A stretch of DNA of 64,000 nt, from NCBI GenBank assembly GCA_963728565.1, contig CAVSLC010000023.1, forward strand, positions 192,001-256,000, read 5' to 3'. A program made the position numbers and the translations under genes. Below, piece by piece: positions 1 through 8,180 of this stretch (the first letter of the stretch is position 1; every line of letters begins with the position of its first letter). The notes under the pieces are model-generated. The model was not told the origin of the DNA, searched no databases, and saw only the letters and a list, made by a program, of their open reading frames with translations. The DNA comes from an uncultured delta proteobacterium (lineage in GTDB: Bacteria > Desulfobacterota > Binatia > UBA9968).

Positions 1-272
1 ATCCGGCTTTGGTGTTTGCCGCCGCGGCCATATCAAGGCCTCAAACGGGTCACGGTCCAGCAAGTAATCAATCTTGCGTGCATCGCGCAGACAAGCGCGG
101 AAGCTGGCGTCAATGATGTTCCGGCATGACTTGAGGCTTAAAGCGCGCTCGTTTAGCAAATAGGCGCGAAATCGTCTAAGCGCCTCGGCGTTACATCGAT
201 CAAAGCAATGGTTTTGAATTTGCCGAGAATGTAGCGGTTGAAGGCAAAATAGAAGCTTTTTTCATTTGACAT
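1..272 (-). CDS. Tyrosine recombinase/phage integrase, N-terminal core-binding region (partial, runs off window, one frameshift)
   Basis: Manual minus-strand translation: MSNEKSFYFAFNRYILGKFKTIALIDVTPRRLDDF/RAYLLNERALSLKSCRNIIDASFRACLRDARKIDYLLDRDPFEALIWPRRQTPKPD. This resembles the SAM-like domain and linker of phage integrases; catalytic domain not in the window. Confidence 0.6.
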
Positions 273-386
273 CTTTGTTCTTCTTTTACTAAGTACCGGG
301 GATGGACGATTTCCAGATTTTGACGTGGATTATCGGAGCCGCGATTCCGGCCATAGTGGAAATCTTTTTTCATCGCGGCGAGTGAC

Positions 387-1714
387 TCATCCTCTCAACA
401 TGCAATTCATAATCACGTCGCCGGCTTTGGCGTCTCCGTCCATCTCTGCCAAAAACTCTCTGGCGCTCCTGGTGACCGGCGATAGTCTGCCGCCGTTGTC
501 GATCAGCTCGCCGGTCGGTAACTGAATGTCTTCGCTTTCCAGTATCGCCGCGGCCTTGGCGTTTAGTTCGTCAAAATAGCTGGCCTCTTCGGCTTCAGCC
601 CAGCGCTGAAACTCTCGTTCAATCTCCAAGTCCATCTTGCGCTCGAAGAAATCGCCGTGCGTGCTGTGGATCTTGTCGCCAGATAAGTCTCGCTCTAGTG
701 CTTCTTTGAGTAATGCCGGATCTGCTTCGTCGATGAAGCCTGATTCATGGGCCAGCTGGGCAAGCTCGTCCGCCGGAGCACTGGCAGGAACCATCAAGGC
801 GGGTGTCCGCGGTTATGCACGGCTTACCAGGCCACGGCTTGAAGGCGTTGACGACATCCTCGAGGCCTTGGAGAAGCACGTCCTGGAACCCAACACGACG
901 CAAAGAGACGCAGCGCACGTACTCGGCAACTATGCCGACGTGATGAGAGAGAATCCCTTCAGCTTAGATCATCCCTTAGCCGATCAGATTCATTTAGAAG
1001 CCACCGCTGATGATGTCGCGCACGTCTACCGGCCGGCCTGCGTCAAGGTCGGCGATCGCTTTAGCGCCGACACCTGCAGCGCCGACCCGTATCAGTGCAT
1101 CGCTTACGTCGTACGGGCTGTTGAGGGTTTTCTTGTAGCGGTAAACGAAGGGTTGAATCATCGCCTCTGATAATGCGCCAAAGCCTGCTTCAATCAGCGC
1201 TGTTTTGAGAATCCCCGCCGATGTCGAAGCGCCGAAGGGTATCGTTCCAATAACTAACGGATCGGTAAGAGTGGCGGCCATGGCGCCGGTGAAGCTGCCG
1301 ACCTTGCCGGCAAACGTGCTGTTGCTAATGACGCTCTCTGACGTCTGGCGCAGCCGCTTTGAATCCTCGATGATCTTTCAACAAGTCTTCGTCGTTCTTG
1401 ATCTCGGGGTGCTGATTGGAAAGCTCTCTGATCTGCCGCTCTGCCGATAACCGCGCCTTCTCCACTGTGGTTAAACCTGGATCCGTAGGGTTTGCCGTTG
1501 CGGTAAACGGCTTGCCGGTAATCTCGAGAATTTTCTCGTTTCTCTGCTTTACTTTGTCGAGATAGTTCTGCCGCTCGCTGATGCTCAAGTCTTCTTGCCG
1601 GGTGGTGTCATAGCTGGCGCTAAAGCCTTCCATGAATCCCCCGGGCGGTCTGTCCACCGGTTGGCGTGCCGCGTCGATGATCGCTTGCTGATAGCCGTCG
1701 TCAGAAATGCCCAT
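387..1714 (-). pseudogene. Fragmented phage-like (possible internal virion) protein
   Basis: Consecutive minus ORFs 1325-1714, 994-1281 and 387-797 in shifting frames read as one protein (…GFMEGFSASY…, …TDPLVIGTIPFGA…ALIEAGFGALSEAMIQP…). Confidence 0.4.
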
Positions 1715-1763
1715 TAGATACCCTTTAAAGGAGATTCAGAGATAGCTTGGACTGACATCATAA

Positions 1764-1973
1764 TTGTGTTATATCTTACGAACTGTGCGTAAGTTGCAGG
1801 GTTTCTGGTCCAATTACGGTAAGTCAATTTTAGTGGTTCTTGCTGTGACGATCATGTTTTTAGGACCCCGCGTTCTTACTCGGTACCTTCAATCTCAAGG
1901 TTTTTATTTGGGTAAATCCGCTTACGACTGCTTCGAAGATGCCGAACCATATGTTTTCACTCGAGGTTGTTAG
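1764..1973 (+). CDS. Small hypothetical membrane protein
   Basis: 69 aa, one hydrophobic helix (SILVVLAVTIMFLG); AT-richer and opposite in strand to the flanking phage genes. Confidence 0.4.
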   Translation: MCYILRTVRKLQGFWSNYGKSILVVLAVTIMFLGPRVLTRYLQSQGFYLGKSAYDCFEDAEPYVFTRGC

Positions 1974-2152
1974 AACTTATGACCGATGCTCTAAAGGATT
2001 GTTTGCTCGTTTTTCTTGCCGCCGCCTTTGCGTTCCTCACAAACTACTACGTGATCAATTCCCGAAGTGACCGGGCACCCGTTGCACAGGCGCAGCCGGG
2101 GATAGTTCGTTCTGAACTATTCCACCAGACCAGCGATACCGCCCGTCCGTGA
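1967..2152 (+). CDS. Small hypothetical membrane protein
   Basis: About 57-61 aa, one hydrophobic helix (CLLVFLAAAFAFLT). Confidence 0.4.
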   Translation: MLELMTDALKDCLLVFLAAAFAFLTNYYVINSRSDRAPVAQAQPGIVRSELFHQTSDTARP

Positions 2153-2169
2153 TCCTGTCATCGCTCTAT

Positions 2170-3480
2170 TCACGGTTGCGCAAGGTCCAAGACAAATGGC
2201 CCGCTGTCTGACTGCACGTAGCCCGGACCAACCTTAACCAGATACTTACCGTCTCCGATTGACTCAAAAAGTCCGTGCTTCTTGATGTCCTCGGCCTTGA
2301 ACCCTTTGGCCTTTGAGTAATCAGCAACATTCAGTAGATCTTTGAACTCGCCTTCGGTCATGCCGGAGCGTGGCGGCTGGATCTTGTAACCGCGGCTGAA
2401 GTAGCCGCCGCCGATACTGAGAAGCCCGCCGGTTACTTCCTGCACCGCTTCATCCATGCGCGAACTGTTAAACGTGCCGCTTAGGTCCTTGGCTTGCCAT
2501 GATTTGGCGGCATAGGCTGCCAAAGCTGCGTCTGTGATGGTGTCGTGGTGCTCGACGTTGCCCTGATAGGCTGAGCGAGATTGCTGTTGATTCTGTCGCG
2601 TGCTGCGGTGAGCTCGGCGCCGGTCAGTCCTACCTTGGGCTCTTGCTTCAAGACCCCCTGGCCGCGGAGAATCGTGCTGGCGGCTCTCGGTGCTTCCATC
2701 GATAGCCCCATGGTCAAGGCGGTAATCGATTCCTTCTTGCCGGCCAGTTGCGCGGCAATCGCTCTGACTCGCTCATCGCTAAAGCCGTTGCGCAGTTGGC
2801 GGAACATATTCACCTTGCCGTCTGCGGGTACCGCGTCGAGCTTTTTCTTTAGTGCGTCTGATTCCTCGTCCGATAATGGGCTGATAGTGCCGAGCCCGTA
2901 GCGCTGCTCGACAATGCCGGCGGAGATATCCAGCGCTCGCATTGAAGTCGGGTTGTTTAGATCAAGCGGTGCCGGCGGCGGGATAACCCGGCGCAAGACT
3001 CCCGCGGTCATAGGATCGGTCTTCAGTTGCGCCTTGGTGGTCTCGTGCGCTGCTTTCAAGTCGCCAAGAACTTCGCTTCCTCGCCGCTCTTGGGTGCCTG
3101 GGCTTTCTTCCGTAAATATTCCTCTTACTGTAATGGAGACATGGCATTGAAGACAAACAGCTCGCTCGCATTGCGCTGCACCTGGATGAAATCGGCTTCG
3201 TGCTCGGTGTTTCTGACCCTGGCGCCCAGCTGTGCAAGGTTGCCACTCCATGGTGATCCGGACATCACCGCGGCTTTGTAGTCGCTCACCTGTTTACCTA
3301 TCTGCCGCTCGTTCTCTTTGCGCTCGCTTCCTGCTTGCGTGCCATGGCCTCAAGGCGCTGCTGTGCTTCACCACGCAGTGCCACAATATGGCGCTGACTT
3401 AAGTTGCCGTCATATTTGCCGGTGTTTAACTCGGCTAGGCTGCCAATCTCTGCAGCGTGATCAGCCGGCAGGCCGATCAA
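2170..3480 (-). pseudogene. Fragmented phage-like structural/ejection protein
   Basis: ORFs 3298-3480, 2481-3251 and 2170-2523 overlap in shifting frames; helical Ala-rich composition. Confidence 0.4.
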
Positions 3481-3867
3481 CTATCGCCCATAGCAAATTG
3501 ACTAATGGCTGAAAGCCTCAACCACCGGCGGAAAAGTAAGAACCCAACCTAATGCAATTTGGATGAGTGACACGAAAAATGCACCGAAGTTCACATGTTT
3601 GCCCCGCGGTGGAATGGAATACCGGCCTAACAATCAGCCAGACGATTTACGCCGACACCGGTTTAACCAATCAAGGTCCAACTGCTCCGGAGCAAGTCGA
3701 TGCCGCCCTCAATAACTGGCTAATCTCCGCTGGCATTTGCCCTTTCATGGGCATGTCCTTTCCTCCTGCGCGAGCACGGGAGGAAGATCAAGCGCCGCCG
3801 ACACCCGCTGCGGTGATAACCTCTTGCAGTACTAGACTTACTTAGGTTTTCAGCTCTTCGGCTCACA

Positions 3868-4257
3868 TCACCGGAGCCCCGGACATTTGGCCGGAGTTGT
3901 CCGTCGGCCGGAACCCTGCGACTTTTCGCGACGGCACTGACACTCGGCACAAAAGGTCGTTTCAGGCGCCGTTTGGAGGCGGTGCAGTTCGATGGGCCGC
4001 CGGCAACCGATGCAAGTGCCGTAGGCGGCTTCGCGCATCCGGATCAGCGCGTGATCGATTCGTGTGGTCTCACTGGCATACCACTCAGCTAATCTTTCGA
4101 GCAGATGACGTCTGCTTTCGTAGGCCGCTTTGTCGATTGAGTGTTTATTTTCGACCAGCGTCCGTTGTTCTTGATTTAGATAGTCTAGCGTCCGCAAGAT
4201 TTCGACTCGGCGCTGGTATAGTCTTTCAAAATACTGCTCGGTTTTTTTTACGATCAT
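3868..4257 (-). CDS. TraR/DksA C4-type zinc finger protein
   Basis: Coiled coil plus YGTCIGC…RLQTAPETTFCAEC; SD AAAGGAG before ATG 4257. Confidence 0.85.
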   Translation of the reverse strand: MIVKKTEQYFERLYQRRVEILRTLDYLNQEQRTLVENKHSIDKAAYESRRHLLERLAEWYASETTRIDHALIRMREAAYGTCIGCRRPIELHRLQTAPETTFCAECQCRREKSQGSGRRTTPAKCPGLR

Positions 4258-4724
4258 CTGATCTCCTTTGCGATCCGTGCCAAAATCAGCCATAACCCGT
4301 CGCGCAGTGTCTTGACGAGTTCCTGCATCATTTCTTTGAGGCGTTTACCGTCTCCGGCGTTCAGGTAAATCGCCGCCGGCGCGTCGGGTTGCTTGAAATT
4401 ATGAACGTAGACCCAATCGCCGGGTGTGGCGCTGGAAGACACGCGCTCAGCGATCCACCGGCGCAGCGTCTCTAATTTACCGGCGCCGGTCAAACCCGAC
4501 ACAAAAATGTTGTAGCCGCTGCTCCCCACTCCGAGCCCCAATTCCAAGGCAGCGAGCGCGCGTTCCTGGCCGACGAATTCTCTCGCGCCGCTCAGCTCGC
4601 GAGTCGAGGAAAATTTGCCGGCGATCTTGGTCTCAAAGTGCAGATCTTTCGCGCTCAGCTCACGCGGGCGAGTAGAGGATTCGGTCGCGGGCTCGAGAGT
4701 TGCCAATTCACTGTCGCCATTCAT
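4254..4724 (-). pseudogene. Truncated Lon-like (LonC/AAA_32-type) ATP-dependent protease N-terminus
   Basis: FVGQERALAALELGLG…GYNIFVSGLTGAGK…DWVYVHNF motifs; similarity ends after about 140 aa, whereas family members are several hundred aa. Confidence 0.75.
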
Positions 4725-5149
4725 GCTGCTTCTCCTGCAGGTTTTTTGGCTTTCGGTATGGTCACGCGCAACACGCCTTCATAGAACTCCGCTTTGATCT
4801 GGCTGGCATCGACCGACTCCGGCAGTTTCAGGCGCCGTATGAAGTGGCCCGATGAGCGCTCCATCGTATGAAAGTGGCCGTGACGATGGGTTTCTTCCAA
4901 CGCACGGGAGCCCTGTAAGAGCAAATCGCTGTTTGCAATCTCCACCTTTACATCATCGAGCTTGACCCCAGGAAGATCAGCTTCCAACATGAAAGCATCG
5001 TCCATTTCATAGAGATCCACGGATGGATTCCAGCCGCGCATCTCACGGCAAAAGCCCCAAGGCCGATGAATCATCTCGTCGAAAAGGCGCTCCACTTCGC
5101 GCGAGACATGAATTGGAAACGAAATTAGGTCGTTCGGGGTTTTCGCCAT
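4721..5149 (-). CDS. Hsp20/alpha-crystallin small heat shock protein
   Basis: WNPSVDLYE…ADLPGV…ERSSGHFIRRLKLP…GVLRVTIPK. Confidence 0.95.
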   Translation of the reverse strand: MAKTPNDLISFPIHVSREVERLFDEMIHRPWGFCREMRGWNPSVDLYEMDDAFMLEADLPGVKLDDVKVEIANSDLLLQGSRALEETHRHGHFHTMERSSGHFIRRLKLPESVDASQIKAEFYEGVLRVTIPKAKKPAGEAA

Positions 5150-5208
5150 CGCCGCAATTCCTCCTCATTCGTGGGCTGCATACTTTACCGTGTCCCACAT
5201 CAGTAAAC

Positions 5209-5223
5209 GCAACGGCCGTGCCA
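5209..5223 (-). promoter_or_regulatory. sigma54 -24/-12 promoter for hsp20-lon'-dksA
   Basis: TGGCACGGCCGTTGC (GG-N10-GC), 60 nt upstream of the hsp20 start. Confidence 0.85.
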
Positions 5224-5270
5224 CGTACATGCTTGATTTTCTTGCCGGTTTGCAGCGAGACAGGCGGTGT

Positions 5271-5318
5271 TTCTCAAACGTGGGAAGGGGCGGCATGGTG
5301 TCTTGCAAATCTTGCGAA
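5271..5318. promoter_or_regulatory. Tandem enhancer (bEBP) sites between divergent sigma54 promoters
   Basis: TTCTCA-AACG-TGGGAA (5271) and TTGCAA-ATCT-TGCGAA (5303), 32 bp apart. Confidence 0.65.
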
Positions 5319-5347
5319 GGGGCCTCGCGCCGCCACTCAAACATTAC

Positions 5348-5362
5348 TGGCACATCGGTTGC
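5348..5362 (+). promoter_or_regulatory. sigma54 promoter
   Basis: TGGCACATCGGTTGC, 50 nt upstream of ORF 5412. Confidence 0.85.
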
Positions 5363-5411
5363 GTTTTCATCCTTCTGAAAACGAGCTCAGCATAGGAAGG
5401 ACGCTACGTCG

Positions 5412-5741
5412 ATGGCAGAGAGCCTCCAGTGTATGATGGGCAGTGACACTTCGGTTACGGAACCATTCTTCGCTACTCTGCGCCGAAGTGAACATCTCGA
5501 GCCGGAAAAGAATTTATTGATCGCGATTCTGCGGGATGCGATTCATGATTATCGCAAGTACTGCCGGGCTCGAGATCCGGAGGGGAGGGGACACTTCCGA
5601 GAAGCGCAGCAGTGGATCATGGCAGGCGGTAACAACTGGATTTTTTCTTTCAATAATATATGCGAATTTTTAGGTCTCGATCCGGATTACATTCGTCGTG
5701 GGCTTAACGAGCCGGATGCAGATCGTAACACCAAAAGATAA
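5412..5741 (+). CDS. Conserved-looking hypothetical helical protein
   Basis: EPEKNLLIAILRDAI…FREAQQWI…WIFSFNNICEFLGLDPDYIRRGL; has an SD and its own sigma54 promoter. Confidence 0.75.
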   Translation: MAESLQCMMGSDTSVTEPFFATLRRSEHLEPEKNLLIAILRDAIHDYRKYCRARDPEGRGHFREAQQWIMAGGNNWIFSFNNICEFLGLDPDYIRRGLNEPDADRNTKR

Positions 5742-5774
5742 GTCTCGAACTACTGCAAGCAGTGGCGCAGCAAA

Positions 5775-6587
5775 TCAAGTTCCCTGCGGCCAATAGAGCA
5801 ACAGAGGCACCCCTGCGTGCCGCACGCAAGATGCGGCGATGCTACCCAGTACGACTCGCTTCGCCGCGGCATGGGCATGAGTCGTCATTGCCAGCAATGT
5901 TTCGGGGAGGTCTTTTAGGTACCGACTGAGTGCGTCGCCCGGTTCTCCATGCAGCACTTCCCATTGCGCTTCGATTCTATGAACGGCTTCGATTTCGGCG
6001 GCCAGTCGATGCAGGTAGGACGTTTCGAGAAAATCCGACTCTTGCTCGTGTAACAGCGCCTCGGGACGGTGCACCGGCAACGCCTGGACCAAGAACAGGG
6101 GCGCTGACAATGACCGAGCGGCTCTGACGGCGTACGGCAGTATTTTCTCGGAAAAGGCACTACCGTCCACGGCGGCTGTAACATTGGTAATTTTACTCGG
6201 CGCCTCGCGGTCTTTGTGATGCGCCCCAAGCAAGAGCACGGGTCTCATAGCTTCACGCAGAACCCGGAAAGCAACGCTGCCGATGATCGCTTCGGTCCAT
6301 GCTGTGCGCCCGTGAGTAGTCAGCGCCGCAATCGCGCGCGGCTCTCTTTCGAGCTCTGTTCTTATCGCGGCGGCTGGATCTGGTGATACGACAAAGCGCA
6401 GCTCGGCGCCGTATCGGCGAGCGCATTCCTGCAAATAATCTTCTTCGATCGACTTTTCCGCCGGATCCTGAACGACGCGCAAAAATATCAGCTTGCCCGC
6501 TGTCGCCCGTGTCACGCCGCGCGCCAGCGGAATAATCTGCTCCGCGAGCGAGGAACCGTCCAGGCAAACTATCACTTGCTCAAACAC
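5775..6587 (-). CDS. Universal stress protein (tandem USP domains)
   Basis: VIVCLDGSSLAE…THGRT…GSVA…; AVDGSAFSE…GSIA; GTG start. Confidence 0.9.
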   Translation of the reverse strand: MFEQVIVCLDGSSLAEQIIPLARGVTRATAGKLIFLRVVQDPAEKSIEEDYLQECARRYGAELRFVVSPDPAAAIRTELEREPRAIAALTTHGRTAWTEAIIGSVAFRVLREAMRPVLLLGAHHKDREAPSKITNVTAAVDGSAFSEKILPYAVRAARSLSAPLFLVQALPVHRPEALLHEQESDFLETSYLHRLAAEIEAVHRIEAQWEVLHGEPGDALSRYLKDLPETLLAMTTHAHAAAKRVVLGSIAASCVRHAGVPLLLYWPQGT

Positions 6588-6809
6588 AGTGGCCTCGTCC
6601 TTCGGTCGGCTATCGCTTCATTCATCATAGTGCGGGCGGCTCTGCCAATTGATGGCTGATGGCATTTTTTTGTTAAAGCAACTTCCACTCCACCACGTGC
6701 GCTGCCCCATGCACTCGCCTCCTTGTCGACCGGATGCTAGTGGCCGCATGTTACTTAAGCGAGCGCCATAGTTCTTTCCTTTCGGTGCTCGCTGACTTAA
6801 AAAAAGGCG

Positions 6810-6824
6810 GCAAGAGCCATGCAA
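6810..6824 (-). promoter_or_regulatory. Degenerate sigma54 promoter for USP 5775-6587
   Basis: TTGCATGGCTCTTGC: correct spacing and -12 element, but TG instead of GG at -24. Confidence 0.4.
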
Positions 6825-6851
6825 TTATAGGTTAATAATTAGATCGCTTTC

Positions 6852-6899
6852 TTCGCAATGCTGGGAAGAACGTTCATGCAGGATTCGCACGGATGCAGA
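6852..6899. promoter_or_regulatory. Tandem enhancer sites
   Basis: TTCGCA-ATGC-TGGGAA (6852) and TTCGCA-CGGA-TGCAGA (6884), 32 bp apart; IHF-like AATCAACTGGCTG follows at about 6918. Confidence 0.65.
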
Positions 6900-6938
6900 A
6901 CCGCAGGAGCTATTTAAAATCAACTGGCTGAGTAATAG

Positions 6939-6953
6939 GGGCATGCTTCTTGC
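6939..6953 (+). promoter_or_regulatory. sigma54 promoter for ybaK-like gene
   Basis: GGGCATGCTTCTTGC, 38 nt before ATG 6992. Confidence 0.8.
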
Positions 6954-6991
6954 GCTGTGAGCAATAGGAATCAAGCAGAAGGAGAAAACCC

Positions 6992-7477
6992 ATGCCAATT
7001 ATCAAAAAACTTAAAGACCTCTTCGACGAGACAAAGGTTAGTTACGAAGTCTACAACCATCCGCTGGCGTATACCGCGCAGGAGATCGCTCAGAGACAAC
7101 ACTTCTCTGGTAATGAGATGGCCAAGGTTGTGATGCTCAAGGTGGACGGCAAAATGGTGATGGCGGTGGTTACCGGGAATCAAAAAGTGCACCTGCCTAC
7201 CGCACGCGCAAGCCTCGCCGCCTATGAGGTGAGTTTGGCGACGGAAGACGAGTTTTATTCTAAATTCCCGGGCTGCGAAATCGGCGCGATGCCGCCGTTT
7301 GGGAATTTGTATGGTCTACCTGTTTACGTTGACCCGGCGGTAACCAAGGATGAATGGATTTACTTCAATGCCGGAAACCACGTTCAGACGGTTCGGATCC
7401 GCTATAAGGACTTCGAAAAACTCGTAAACCCACAGGTGGTCCGATTGACTGAGGAGAAGAAACAGCATGCAGCCTAA
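6992..7477 (+). CDS. YbaK/EbsC-family aminoacyl-tRNA deacylase
   Basis: HPLAYTAQEIA…AKVVMLK…GCEIGAMPPFGNLYGLPVYVD…FNAGNH. Confidence 0.9.
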   Translation: MPIIKKLKDLFDETKVSYEVYNHPLAYTAQEIAQRQHFSGNEMAKVVMLKVDGKMVMAVVTGNQKVHLPTARASLAAYEVSLATEDEFYSKFPGCEIGAMPPFGNLYGLPVYVDPAVTKDEWIYFNAGNHVQTVRIRYKDFEKLVNPQVVRLTEEKKQHAA

Positions 7478-7779
7478 GACTCCAGGCAACCATCGGCGTG
7501 AGCTGGCGCGTTTATCAGACGTATTTCTAGGAAATATCCGGTCGTCGTAGCCGGGATGCCGAAAAACAGCCTGAGGGTTTAACTCGGCAGATTGCCGCCT
7601 TCGACTCCGGACCGCAGCCTCATGGCCGCGCTTGGTTGCAGAACCATCCCTGGAAACTCACAGAGTCTTCCCCCAAGCACATCATCAGAACAATCGATTA
7701 TTCGAGGCAACCTGATAGTGTGCCCAGTCAAGGGAACGGTTGTGCAGTCTCCAGACCCACGTAGTCTCTAGCGACACTT

Positions 7780-8000
7780 TCACTGAAGCACTTGGCGAGG
7801 CCGGGGTGACCCGTCGGCTGGCAAAACTAAACGTGCGAATGGCGATCGTGGCGACGCTGCGATCGCGTCAGCAGCACGTTCAGAATCACCATCAATAAGG
7901 ATAGGAGCACGAAATAGAAGAACAGGCTTTCGGTTACCATACTCCACCTCCGCTTCAAGAGTTTCTAGTTGAAGTGAGCGCAAAGCCAATGCCAACCCGC
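7780..8000 (-). pseudogene. Probable degraded USP fragment
   Basis: KPVLLFR…FARLVLPADGSPRPRQVL resembles the USP interdomain region (PVLLVR…FRRILVPLDGS). Confidence 0.3.
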
Positions 8001-8180
8001 TGCCACCATAGGCCCGCCGCGCCCTTACAAATCCTATGGGATTGCTATGCGTTTGCTTGACACCACCGATCGACGGAAATAAAGCTATTCCCAGCTTCAA
8101 GAAAGGTAACGCAAGTTTCGAGAATCGCGATATCTCGAATCAATTGCTGCGGACGACCCGAAAACACGGGCCGGCAACAC

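Larger units (their letters stand above)
1..3480. mobile_element. Decayed prophage/integrative element remnant
   Basis: Integrase fragment plus co-oriented, fragmented Ala/Gly-rich phage-like ORFs; gene content unrelated to the downstream stress island. Confidence 0.5.
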
